Assembly (NCBI RefSeq): GCF_009914755.1
Contig: NC_060926.1
Strand: one strand, 5' to 3'
Source of the DNA: the human T2T-CHM13v2.0 reference genome, Homo sapiens
Length of the DNA: 64,000 bases
Positions 1-13,855 of this stretch are shown piece after piece. Position 1 is the first letter of the stretch, and each line of letters begins with the position of its first letter. A program made the position numbers and the translations under genes. The notes under the pieces were generated by a model. That model was not told where the DNA came from. It saw nothing but the letters and a program-made list of their open reading frames with translations, and did no database searches.

Positions 1-2460
1 TATTGAAATCACCAGCTATTATTGTGTGTTCATCTATTTCTCCTTTCAGTTTTATCACATTTTGCTTTACATATTTGGCATCTCTGTTATTTGGTGCATA
101 CACATTTAGGATTACTATGCCTTTTTGGTGGATTGAGCCTTTTTATATTTGTGCAACATCCCTCTCTGTCTTTAATAATTTTCTTTGCTCAGAATACTAC
201 TAGTGCTTTCTTTTAATTCATACTTAAGTAATACACTTTTAAAAATATCCTTCAACTTTCAAATTGCCTACATAATTGCACTGAAGTGAGTTTCTTACAG
301 ACAAAAGTAGATGACTCATGTTTTTAAATTTATTATGCTAAATTATTTTGATAGATGTGTTTAAGCTGTTTATATTTAATGTAATTCTCTGTACTTTAGT
401 TTTATGTCTGCCATTTTATTTTTTGTTCTTTGAAGTTTATTTTTCTTATCTCTCCATTTCCTTTTTTCTGCCTACCTGTGCATTAGTTTTCCATTTTAAT
501 TTCTCTATAGTGTTTTTGAGTGTATCTCTTTGTATAGCCTTTATAGTTACTGTTCTATGTATTATACATACATGATTTATCAGTTTTCTGGTTTTATCAT
601 TTTAGCAATTTGAATGATGTATACAATTTTTATTTCCCTGTACATTCTTTTGCCTCCCTGTTTATAGTACACTTATCTTAAATATTTCACTTACACACAT
701 TTCAAACCACAACAGTATTATGAATTTTGTTTCCACCATAAGATATAATTTAGACAACTCAAGAGGAGACTAAAAGTCTATCACATTTAACTCTCTTTTT
801 TCCTACTGTGCACTTCTTTCTTTTTTTCAAATATTCTAATGTTTTCTTTAAATTTTTTTTCTGTTTAGATAATTTATTAGTCATTCTTTTAGAATAGACC
901 TGCTGTTGACAAATTCTCTTAGCTTTACTTTATCTGAGAGTGTTTTTATATCCCTTTTATTTCTGAAGTATGTTTTTACTAGATCTAAGATTTTAGTTTG
1001 ACAATACTTTTATTTCTGCACTTGAAAAATGCTGGGCCACATCCTCCTGGCCTGCGTGGTTTCTGATGAGAAATCACTGTCATTGAAATTATTTTTCTTC
1101 TATAGGTAAAAGATTATTTCTCTCTGGCTACTTTCAATATTTGTTCTTTTTAATTTTCACACATTTGCCTATAGTACATCTTTGTGTGGATTTCTGTGTA
1201 TTTATCCTATTTGAAGACCTCTCAGCTTCTTGAATCTGTATGGTTATGCCTTTTGCAAATTTGAGAAGTTTTCATCCATTATTTCTCTGAGTACCTTTTT
1301 CAGTCACATCCTCTTTTCCTTCTTCTAATGAGACTCTGATGACTCAAATGTTCAACCTCTTGTTACAGACTCACAGTGTGCCCTGTGGCTTTGTTTAGTT
1401 TTTCTGTCTCCTTGTTCATTGATCCTTTCCTGTCTTTTCCATTTTTCTGTTGAGCTAATCTATTTGAGTTTTATTTTATTTATTGTGTTTTTCAGTTCTA
1501 AAGTTTTCATTTGGTAGTTTTTATGTCTTTTATTTCTTTTTGATAGTATTTTTTATGTGTACAAGCTGAATTCATAATTGTTTACTGAAGTATTTTTATG
1601 ATGGCTGCTTTAAAATATCTGTCAGCTTATTCTAATATCTCTGTCATCTTGGTGTGTGCATCTATTGATTGTCTTTTTTAAAAATTCAGTTTGAAATCTT
1701 CCTGGTTTTTAATATTACAAGTGTCTTCCATTGAAACCTGGATATTTTCAGTATTCTGAAACTCCGGCTCTTATTTAGATCTTCTATTTCCGTTTTTAGG
1801 TTTTTTGTTTGTTTTTGACACACCTCTGGCAGGGAAAAGGGAGGTTCTGCCTGATTACTGACAGGGAGAATTTCAAATTCCCCACTCAGCCTCCACCTTC
1901 GGCAGAGATACCTTGGATGTCTGCTCATCACCGTTGGGCAAGGGTGGGAGTTTCAGCATCCTATTAGGCTCAAGTAATATCCCTCTGCCTGGGGGCTGTA
2001 AGACTGCCTCATTTCTGCTCTCTATGGGGCCTCAACTGAAAATATGAGTTAGTAGTGAGGAATGTTCTGACTCGACTAGGCATTCTCTAGCATCACCGCA
2101 GCTTAGACAGGGAGGGGCAGCTTGTTACTGTCAGGTGAGGATAAAGCCAGATTATCTCTAAGTAGTGATGAAGCTTCATTACCATCCAGTTGGGATGAAA
2201 ATCTCAACTTCCTACTCAAAAGTTGCAGACACCAATCAAGTGGGGGAATTGGCATGGATGGGGGTGGGGACACAGGATTATTTTTTCTTTCATATTTAGC
2301 TGGTACATTGTTTTTAGTATGTGGACCTAGCAGCCAGCTGCCTATCTCTTGTCCCATACCTAGAGAGAACAAGTTTTGGTTACTGCTTTCTTTTTTCTAT
2401 GACATTTGGCTTTTCAAGTTGCCATTTGCTTCATGTCTAATTGTGGGATTATTATAAATT
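1..2460 (-). mobile_element. Old LINE-1 (L1M-type) fragment, antisense: start of ORF2, inter-ORF region, ORF1 and 5' region
   Basis: 1-150 resembles the antisense of the L1 endonuclease start (tctctgttatttggtgcatacacatttagga). About 890-1400 resembles antisense ORF1 (ttctgatgagaaatcactgtc, ttgagaagttttcatccattatttct). Strong T bias. Right boundary uncertain. Confidence 0.75.
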
Positions 2461-2469
2461 TTTGAATAA

Positions 2470-3630
2470 TCATCATTGCACTTTAAAAAATTATTTAAAC
2501 ATAGTTATCTTCAGTTCTTTGACCATATTTATAATGGTAGCTTTGTCATTTTTGTTGGCTAAATCCTACCTCTGGTCCCCCTCAGAGACAGTTGACAAAT
2601 GCTTTTTTTCTGTCTTTGGGCCATAACTCCCATTTTTCTTACTTATCTGATAAGTTTTCTTGAAAACAAGATGATTTAAATACTATATTGTGGCAACACT
2701 GGATCCTGACATTTTCCCTTTGAGGAGTTTTGTTTTTGCTTTTGTTTTCTTGTTTTTCTTTCATCCTTATTCTATCTTTTTCCTTCTTTCTGTTTTCCTC
2801 TTTTACTTTTTTTCTTTATTTTTTTCTTTTGGTATCTTACCTCTCTGGACTAAAGCTGTGGCATCTGCAGTCCCTATCATTCTTGTGGTGTATTTGTGCT
2901 TGTATTTCTGCTTAGGTTTGTTTATTTAATTGCTTAAAAAAATTAAGCCTGTCCTCCTAGGGGCTGCTTCTGTGCTGTATAGCTAGTGAGCTGCTAATAA
3001 GACCAGGCACATGTAGATTGCTTGAGCCCCTTTTGTTCTTTCCTATGCACATGCCTAGAAGACTGCCAGGAATAGATATGTGGCCTTCATATCAAGTGTC
3101 TCTACTTCTGTTCTATTCCCATTCTCTGCTTGTTAATTTCTGGTCTGTTGATCACTCTAACAGCCATAAACTTCCCCATTTACTAACCATCAAGAATACT
3201 ACTTTTCCGGAGAAAGCTGCTGAGGACCTTCTTTTTTTCTCTTTTCACTTCAAAGCCATCCAGTCTTTGTATTGGCAAAGCTGTTGGTCTTCATCTCCTG
3301 CCTCATCCAGGTAGATCTACCTTGCTAACCGAGCGGGGCGAATAAGAGCAACTGCAGTAGGAATTCTACAGATTCTCACTGTATTTACCTAAAGTTCAGC
3401 AATTCTTCCTGAATCTGTAGAATTCAACAAAAATCCTACAGATTTTCACCATATTTACCCAAGGTTCAGCAAATTAAAGGAGATGTGTTTCTGAATAAAC
3501 ACATCTCATTTAAATTTTTTTACCTTTAGTGGATTCCCTGAGCCCTGAACTGTTTGTTTAAAAAAAATTGGCCAGTTTTATCGTTGTATTTTCTGACCTT
3601 CTCACATTACCATTACTGAAAGTTCTGCCT
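2470..3630 (-). mobile_element. Old L1M 5'-end fragment, antisense (possibly a second, older element)
   Basis: Ends in an L1M 5'-terminal-like stretch (ggttcagca...tgaataaacacatctc...ggccagttttatcgttg...ccattactgaaagttc). Subfamily not determinable by eye. Confidence 0.6.
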
Positions 3631-6600
3631 GTTGTACTTACATTTAAACTCATTTCTACTTTGATTGGATCGGGGACTGTCACAGTAGCAAATAACCTGC
3701 TTTATAACATGTTATATAAAGAATTGGTCATAATTTATCTAATTACATATTGCCAGCCAGCAAAACTGTTATCTTTTTCATAGTCATGACCTTAGGTAAT
3801 TTGTCTTCATATTACCAGCATCTGTCATGAGGTAGGTGCCAGACAAAAGGCTGCTGACCTGAATCTAATGGAAATGAAGAAAGGATGTTTATCATTTACT
3901 GCATGATAAAACCCTTGCATTCTAAAATCAGTTTCAAAAAATAAACAAGCAAATAAACAACAAAGCCCCCTCTAAACCAGTGAGTAAAAGGACATTATCT
4001 TAAGAAAACAAACAAATAAACAAACATAAGTTTAGAAAAATTAATTCAGCTAGTCTAATTGATTGGCTTTATCTGAATAATTTATGTAGTCTTTCAATTT
4101 CCTGCATTTTTTTTTTTGGCTCAACTTTCATGCCCCATCATTTAAACTATCTTTTCAATGTATATAAGCAGATTAGTAAGTAAATTCCTTTTAGGAAAAA
4201 TGGAAGATGAAAATAAATTATACCAAAAAAATCCAAAACAAACAATTAAACAAAGATTTCAAAAATGTAAGGAAAAAGTTCATAATTGTGCTACAATTTC
4301 TGAGTCCATTTAGTAAAGTAGACTGAAGAAATAGATGCTAGAGAGAAGAAGAATCTGTGCCTACAGCCAAACCTGGAAGGTGCCCGATTTGAGGCCTTTG
4401 TGGCAGGGTGTCCACTTCAGCTATGAGCACACACAGTTCTCTCTTTGGATGTTGCTGCCACGACACCTAATGTGAAGCTTGGCCTGTACTTGTAGTTAAC
4501 CTCAACACTGGCAATCCTCCAGGCCTAGATTTGGAAGCAAAACTCAGATGAGCCTCTGTCACATTATGTGAAAAATGAACTCAGGAATCTCCTCAATTAG
4601 ATTTGATTCACTCTAATTTGAGAAACAGATGAAATGTCAGTTTACATGTGAATTAGAATTATTAATACATGTCAAAAATTTGTCTAGCAGTGACATTGTC
4701 AGAGGAAAGGAGGCTTATATTTGTTGAAATCGAATAACAAAATAAGTATTAAATTTTTTTAAAATTGCCAAATCCTGTTTGGACTTGAAAAGTGCTACCT
4801 CTTTGGGTTTACTTTTCAAAGTGAAGAGCTTGAAGTGGCAAACTTTGGTGGATATTGCTTGCAATCTCATCAAAAGAGGAACAAAATCATTTCTGTTGGG
4901 GAAAAAATATCTCTTGAAATTTCTAAGAAGGGTCTGGCATTCATGGTTGCATAGCACATGGCAATCTTAGCAATTACTAATTTCTGGGTTTGACTGTTTT
5001 ATGAGCTGAACCCTAACAGACAATGCCTGGGCAGAATTTAAACCAAGTACAAATGCTTACAGTGTTACCGTGATAGTTCTAAGTGAATTGTAATTGAGCT
5101 ATAACTGTGATTTAGGAAAAAGGTTTTTCTCTTATAGTCCATAAAGACAATAAATAAACGTTTATTTTTTTATGAAATCTAAGCCCTTCTCTCATTTATT
5201 TAATTTTTATTTCCCACACTTAGAAAGTTTAATGTCAAAATTACAGCTAATAATCTCTCAATTTCTAAAAAGTCAATCTAAAACTATCATTTGTTTATAG
5301 ACAACTGTTACTTTCAGCACGAGGCAGTTGTTGGACATTTTAAAATAATGGTATCTTAGTGAATAATGCTACTATGTGACTTCCTATCAGAGTTGATTTA
5401 AAACATATATATTACAATAATTTTATGGAACTAGAAAGAAATAGAAATGAATGAAGTGGTAAGACTTTTGCTCTGTGCTATTTGCTTTAGAAATAGATCC
5501 ATAAATTCTATGGGTGATTCTGAGAAAGAGTGGGACTTTAATAAAGGCAAATATGATTGAAACAGAAAATCTGAGAAAGCCTCCCCAGGATTTATGATAG
5601 TTTTTATCTCATAGATAATTAAAAGTTATATGTACAATTCATTATTACTATGAATATTATTTTTAAGAAAAAGTACGTAATCCAACTTAGAATTTGTGAA
5701 AAAGAAATAGATAAGGCATAACACTTCAACCTGACCCTTCACCTGACAGATTCACATTTACATTAATGGTAACTTTTTTTAAAACACAAAATTGTAACAC
5801 AAATACTTTCTCACCACTTCATTAGTCAGTGATGCTAACTCTAGCTTTAGGAACAAAATCAACCCATTTAATGAAATGCTTACTTAAACACCAACACCAT
5901 TATTACATATGTAACAGTTTGGAAATATTGCATTACACTTGGAAAATGCCTAGCACCAGTGAATCAATTTTCTGTCTGCTTTGTAAAAACAACTTCTGCT
6001 TTATTGCTTTTTGGAAATAGAATTGAAGCAATACTTCACAAAAGCCATTAAACACAACTCGTGACAAAATATAAGACTTCTGACTAAACTACATTATTTC
6101 TTCATTTCTTTTAAATACCTAATGGTGTAATGAAAACTGATTAGACTATTGACACATTCACATTCTCAGTTATGATATCTGATAGCCTCAAATTAAAAAG
6201 TTGAATTGTGAAATGAGATGACAGAGCAATCAACCTCATAAACAGCTTGCTGCTGAGTAATCCAAATTTTTAATTGGTCAAACAAAGTAGCACTTAGTGT
6301 TGGAAAATATGGAAGACAGTCTATAATTAGAACAGTTAACATAATGATGATTCTTATATAGCAGCGACACATCAATATTTAACCACAAGGAAAGAAAACA
6401 ATTTTAAACTGGTGACTGAAGGGATAATCCTTTGGGAATTCTTTAGGGTTTTTTTTTTAAATAGTTCCTTTATGACATAGTTGGCAAATATAATATTGTT
6501 AATATTGCAGAAATTAAAGCAGAGAAGATAAAGAGCAGTGTCTTTTGATTTTTGCATCGTTTTCTAAGAGAGGAAAATAAATATTGGGAAAGTACAAGTT

Positions 6601-7499
6601 TTTAAAAAATGTATTAGTCCAGTTGTTTTTGAAGATATTCACTGTGGTTGAAAAACTAGATTTTAACTAAAAAGAGATGCATTACATTTAAATTCTGTTA
6701 TCCTGTATTGTGGTTTCTAAAACCTTGCAAATATATTGAAGATTGTGATTAGTTCTTTCAATTCCACTGGAGAAGGAGCAGAAGGACTCCAAATAAATCA
6801 GCTGTGTGAGTCTGTGAAGCATATTAAGTATAGCCATGCTGCAAGAATTAGAATTAGTGTCAGTCTTATTTAAAAGCTTCCTGTTCATCTTCAACTCCAG
6901 ATTGTTGGACAAGATTAGACCATGAATCTCCTCAACACTTGTGAAATAGTTAAGCAAGGAAAAGTAGAGAAAGAATGACAAAGAGGTTAGGGGACTCTAG
7001 TTGTATTAAAGTATTAGTTTTTTTAGTATGCATTTAAATTGAATGATAAAACAAATATACAAATAAGTACCTGGATTTTTTCCCCTGTGATTATTAATAA
7101 CAAGATAAATGCCAATTCTAGTCAAAAACTTTGGTTTAATGTCAATATAAATTTTAAAAATATCCATCACCACTTGGATAAAAATTAGAATTACTTTTTT
7201 CTAAATTAGAGAAATAGAGCTCCATAATGAAACACCAGGTAGAATATAAGATAATGACAAATATAAAATAATGATAAAAAAATCTCTATTAGTTGGAATC
7301 CAACCAGAAAAACAACTTTAAGAATTTGCAATGAATAAATGTAACGTAGAGGTTATGCTGAAGTTAGAAACCAAACAGAAGACATGAGGTAACCCACTGA
7401 TCAACAACAGTAGGCAGACTGACCACTACAAGGTTGTAGGGAAAACAGGATGAGGCGTTTTTATTGGTGCTTAGAAGTAAGAGTCACCCAACAAAATAC

Positions 7500-7676
7500 T
7501 CAGGTTATTCAGTTTCGTGACAACTGAAGCCATGGAGTACAGAAGGCCCTTGTTCTCTAATGCAGAGGAAGAGAGTTGAGTTCTCCCTTCCCTCCACCTC
7601 AAGCTTCTGCCAATGCTCTCTATAGATATATTTAGCCAGAAACCAGCTGTTATAGCAGCAACCTGAAAAATGTAGT
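7500..7676. mobile_element. Degenerate ERVL/MaLR LTR remnant interrupted by an Alu
   Basis: aaaccagctgttatagcagcaacctgaaaaatgtagt resembles the ccagctg...gggaaatgtagttt motif of ancient LTRs. Highly diverged. Confidence 0.3.
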
Positions 7677-8021
<345 letters not shown>

Positions 8022-10557
8022 TAAAATTTTGTCATTTTAATATAGACCAATGGTAGGAAAAGGTAGGAAGGACTCTCAGGGCAAACATATTCTGAACCTG
8101 GATACCTTACCATTAAGCACTATCAAGGTTAACTATGTTGCTTATGTTGAACATCTTGAGACTATCTTACTACAGGGAACAAAGTGGCATAAGCTCTACC
8201 ATTTTTTCCTCTTTGATTAGTGTATAAAAGAGTAGATGTTGACCTAGCTGAGAATGTATGAGAACTGCTTACAAGTTCATATATTATGTTGCTAATATAT
8301 TGGTTTTCTTTATTTATAAGATATGAGGTGCCTAATGGTTTTTTTATGTGTATATGTATGTATGTAAATTTTGTAAATTTAAAACAGCATAGCTTTTATC
8401 CTCATAGATGTGATATCTCCTATTCACTGCAATTTTTTAAAGAACAAAGTACAAATCAGCCCCTTTTGGGCTTGCTAATAATGTTATAGAAGTTTAAATC
8501 TTTAAAACCTATTGTGATTTAAATAATCTATGCATTAAACCACTCTAAAACAGAATTAGTATCATATAAAGTATTTTAATCAGAGTTTTTGAGCAAAAAT
8601 CATTAACTTATACCCTAATGACCTTCCCTCAAAATTATCCTGGAATAATATAAAGAATATCTTAGGAGAACATAGAGAGGCTATACTAGTTAAATTTCTG
8701 TTAGACCCCACATGCAAGGCAGATAGATTTTACAGTTATAATCTAGGCAAGTTACTAAACAAATGAACAAAAACAGAAAAAACAATTTGAAAAAAATGCA
8801 TAACCCAAAGTTACTATATTATCTGAAATGTACATTTTTCAACAACAACAAAAAATATTAAAAATCCAAATAAACATGGAAGTGCAACCTACCCCCATGG
8901 AAAAAGAATCAAAAGAAAATATCTGTGAGTTAACTCAAATTTTTGATTGAGCAGGTAGAAACTACCAGGCAGCTAACAAATATGTCCAACAAACTCAAAA
9001 GAAAAAATATTCAAAGAACTAAACAAAATTATTAGAACAATGACTGGCAATAAAGATACTCAATAAGGCTATATAAATTAAAAAAATAAAATTTCTGGAG
9101 TGAAAATTAAAAATATTAGCTTTTCGACAGCTAATTCAAGGTGGCAGAAAATCAGTTAGCTTGAAAAAAATTCCATATAAATTATCTATGTAAAGAATAG
9201 ACAGGAAAAATTAGAGAAAATTAAATAGAACTTCAGAAACCTGTGAAAAAATGTTAAATGTACTAATATATATCTGATAGGCATCTCAGAAGAAGAGAAA
9301 AAAATGGGGCAAAAATCAAAAAATTAAAAACCATCCTGAATTTGATGAAAACATTAATAAATATCCAGGAAGCTCAACTAATGCTAAGTATGATACTTAT
9401 AAGTAGATCCATACCTAGACATTTTATATCAAACTATTGAACACCCAAAACAAACAACAAATCCTGAACAAAGGAAGAATTCATTATGGTAAAGTAAAAC
9501 ATCAAAATGATTAACAGCTGACTTTTCAAATTAAAAACAAGAGTTACCAGAAGACAGTGGGATAAGATATTTCTAGGGCAGAGAGAAAAATAAAATGCCA
9601 TCCCCAAATTCTATATCCAGCACAACCATTCTTTAAAAATGAAGATAAGATAAAGACTTTCTCAGATAAGCAAAAATGAGTTTTTTGCTAGCAGACTTGC
9701 TTCATAGGAAGTAAAGGATATCCTTCTGTGCTGAAAGGAAATGAAACAAGTTGCTAATTTAAATCCACAGGAAGAAATAAATAACACTGGAAATTTTAGC
9801 ATGTGGGTTAATATTAGCAACTTTATAAATGTATTCTTCTCATCTCTTCTCTTAACATTTAAAAAAGAAATAGTATTGTGTCAAACAATAATTAAGCTCT
9901 TTATTTATGAGTTTATAACATATTTAAGATCTAATACACATGACAATAATAGCAAAAAGGAGGAGAGCATGGAATTATATTGGAGAAAAGTTTCTACATA
10001 TATTACCAAAATTAAGTTAATATGAACTGATACATTATGATAAGTGAAAATCTATATTATAATCTCTAGAGCAGCTATAAATATATTTAAAATATCATAA
10101 AAACATTCAGCTGGGAAATTAAAATAGTACACCAAACATTTATCTAATGCAAAAGAAGATAGTCATAAACAGAGGAGTAAAAAAATGAGAATAGACATAA
10201 AAACAAATAGAAAAATTACAGATGTAAATTCAGCAATATTAACAATTGCATATGTAAATTCTGTTAATACCCAATCAAAAGGCAAGGATGATTCTACTTA
10301 ATATAAGGTAAAATTTAACTATAGTCTCTATATGCTGTCTAAAAGAGACATTCCTTCAAGACATAAATAGATTAAAAGTAAAAGAATGAAAAACAAGTAC
10401 ATCTGTGTGTGTGTAAATATATATGTAAATATATATACACATATATGTTTGTATATGTATGTGTATATACATGAAAAACATGTATGTATATATGTATGCA
10501 TACATGTTTTTTATTCTTTTACTTTTTCTTTACATATATATTCTTTTACTTTTACTT

Positions 10558-10582
10558 TATATATATATATATATATATATAT
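10558..10582. repeat. (TA)n microsatellite within a TA/TG-rich low-complexity tract (about 10400-10600)
   Basis: Read directly from the sequence. Confidence 0.95.
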
Positions 10583-13363
10583 GTGTCTGTGTGTGTATGA
10601 ACACTAATCATAGAAAAGCTGAGGTGATTATATCAGACTAAATAGACTTTAAGACAAGAAGTATAATAAATGATAAAGAAAGTCATCTTAAAATGATAAA
10701 AACAGTCATATATCAGGAAGATAAAATTGCAAAGGTCTATGGACCTAAAAACAGAGCTCCAAAATACATAAAGTAAAAGCTAGCAGAATTGAAAAAAGAA
10801 ATAAATTATTGAATAAAAATAGTTGGAGAATTCAATGCCCACTCTTAACTGCTGATAAAACAACCAGAGAAAAAAAATTAACAGAGATTTAGAAGATTTT
10901 AAATAACATTATCAAGAAACTTGAGCTGACTTTATTCAACTAATCCAGAATCCTTTTTTGAGAATACCTGAAACATTCTCTAGGACAGATCATATGTCAA
11001 GTTATAAATATAGTGTAAATACACTAAGACGATTGAAATAATAAAAAGCATGTTTTTTACCCATAATTAAATTAACTTAGAAACCAACAAAAAACTGGGA
11101 TATCACCAAATATTTGGAGATTAATCAGCAAATGTTAAAATAATACATTATCAAATAATAAACTTATAGGAGAAATTAGAAAATATTTCAAGTGAATTAA
11201 AATAAAAATACAACATGTTAAAATTTATGGGAAGCAGCTAAAGAAGTACGTAGAAGAAACTTACACATTTGAACCTACATAACAGAGAGTGAAAAAACTC
11301 TCAAATCAATTACCTGAGATTCTACCTTAAAAAACTAGAAAAAATGAGCAAATGAAGACCACAGAAAGCATAAAGAGTAAAAGGAATGGTACAAATTACT
11401 GCAGAAATCAATGAAACAGAAAAACAGCAAAGCAATAGAGAAAATTGTTGAAAATATAAATTGGTTCTTTGAGAAGAGCAACAAAATCAACAAAGCTTTA
11501 TCTAGAAGAACAACAAAAAATAAGACACAAACTACTAAAATCAGGAACAAAGTCATTATCACTAATGACTGATTTCAGACATCAAGAGAATTAAGGAAAT
11601 ATTATGAGCAGCAATTAGACACAAATAAGTAGACAACTTAGATAAAATCAACAAATTCCTAGAAAGATACAAAGGACTACACTGTCTCAGGACAAAACTG
11701 GAAATCTGAATATATCTATAACAAGTTAAAAAATGAATTAATAATTACAAATTTTTCTGCAAAATAAATCCAGATTCAAGTGGTTTCTTTAGTGAATTTT
11801 GTCAAATATATCAATAATTAATACCAGTCTTTCACAGATTTGTTGAGAAAATAGAGTGAAGGATCTCTTCCCAACTCATTTATAAAACCAGTATTGCCTG
11901 ATATCAAAGTTTGACAAAAACATCACAAGAAGACTAGAGACCAACATGCCTTACGAATATAAATGTAAAAATTCCTAATCAAATTGTATTAAACTGTATC
12001 TAGCAATATATAAACAGGATCCTCTACCAAGACTAAAATATGTTAATCCCAGATTGCAACTTAGTTTAACATCCAGATATTGACTAATGTAATAAACTAT
12101 ATTAATAGAATAAAGGACAAAAATATATACTTATCTCAGTAGCTACAGAAAAATCACCTGAAAAATTATGTGATAAAATCGAACACCAATTCATAACTCT
12201 CAACAAATGCAAAAAGAAGGGAACTTTCCAACCTTATGAAGGCCATGTACAAAATAACCAGCAGCTCATCACAGATAATGGTGGAGAACTGAATGCTTTA
12301 TAGGATCAGGAAGAAGTAAGATGTGCGTTTGTTACTTCTATTGAACATTTTACTTGAGCTTCTAGCTAATTATATACCCAACCACCATCATCAAATTATA
12401 AACAGTCAGATTGGAGGGAAATAAATAAAAGTATCTTTATTGCCTGATGATATGATCCTTACATGGAAAATCCAAGTGTTTTACAAAAACAAAGCAAAAA
12501 CAACCAAAATCAAAACAAGAACCCCCACGAAACTACTACAAAACAAGAACCCGCGAAACAAAATTATCAAGGTACAGAATCAATATAGAAAAATCAATTG
12601 TATTTCTCTATATTGACAAGGAGAAAACCCAAAAATGAAATAAGTAAACATTTCAATTTATAGTTTTATAAAAATAAAATAAAATATATTTAATAACAGA
12701 TACAAGATCTGTGCACTGAAAACTAGATAACATTGCTGAGATAAATTTAAGTAGATCTACAAAACGGAGACTTTTTTTTTCCCCAGTCATGTTTTGGAAA
12801 ACTCAAGACTCAATATTTTCAGTATTACAATTACTCACAGGTTGATTTATAAATACAATACAACACAATTCCCATCAATATTCCAACAGTCTTTTCCTTT
12901 TGAAAATTGACAATCTGATTCTAAAATTTATTTGCAAATATAAAGAACTTAGAATAGCTAAAGAAATTTTGAAAAGGAAGAACAGATTTTGAGGATTAAT
13001 ACTACATATGTCAAAAATTGCAATAAATCCACAGTAATGAAGATATATGGAATTGCTGCAAGGATAGTTATTTGGTCAATAGAACAGAATTGAAAGTCAA
13101 CAAATAAATACTTAGAGTTTGGTTCAACTGATTTTCAACAAAAGTTTTAAAACAATTCATTAAGAATGGATACACTTTTCAAAAAAATGGTGCTAAGACA
13201 ATTGGACATCCTAGTGAAAAAAAAATCTACCATATACAAATATTAACTAAAAAGAGATCATAGCCCTAAATGCAAGAGCTAAAAGGATCACAAAGGAGAT
13301 TACAAAAGAGAAAAGCTTGTTGGCCTTTGGTTGGGCAAAGTATACCATAGCATCACAAACATT

Positions 13364-13384
13364 ACACACACACACACACACACA
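13364..13384. repeat. (CA)n microsatellite
   Basis: Read directly from the sequence. Confidence 0.95.
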
Positions 13385-13692
13385 ATGTATAAATATATAT
13401 GTTGATAAATTGGAATTTATCAAAATTTAAACTGTATGTTGAGTGGTTTCCTAAAAAGTTAAACATAAAGTTACCCCATTAGCCACAATCCACTCCTAGG
13501 TATCAAACCAAGAGAAACAAAATATAATGTCCACATACAGACATGTACACAAATGCTCATTGAAGTATTATTAACAAAAGGCTGAAACTGGTAACTTTTA
13601 AAATATCCATGAACTGGCAAATGTGAGAAAATATGATCTATGCAATGGGATATTATTTGGCAAATGAAAAGGATAACAAATTGATGCGCTCT

Positions 13693-13855
13693 TGTATTTA
13701 TTTTCTATTGACGCTGTAACACATGATTGGTAATATGGCTTAATAAAACACAAATTTACTCTCTTAGTTTATGGAGATCAGAAATCTAAAATGGTTACAC
13801 TGGGCTAAAATTAACAGGGCTCCTGAAATCCCTTTCTGGAGGTTCTAGGGGAACC
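13693..13855 (-). mobile_element. MLT1 (MLT1D-like) MaLR LTR, partial
   Basis: tgtatttattttctattgacgctgtaaca...cactgggctaaaatt...ctttctggaggttctagggga matches one end of MLT1D. Truncated by the following L1. Confidence 0.75.

Larger units (their letters stand above)
8680..13690 (+). mobile_element. Old L1M LINE-1, sense: degenerate ORF1, ORF2 and start of 3' end
   Basis: A-rich L1 composition with recognisable ORF1 (about 8900-9760) and ORF2 motifs (aaatttatgggaagcagctaaag, ggttctttgagaaga, caaattcctagaaagatac, ccactcctaggtat). Many stops and frameshifts. Confidence 0.85.

Noticed and set aside
6901-6985. Possible + strand exon (acceptor ttcaactccAG, donor GAG|GTTAGG)
   Set aside because: The donor is weak and nothing else supports it, so it is indistinguishable from chance.
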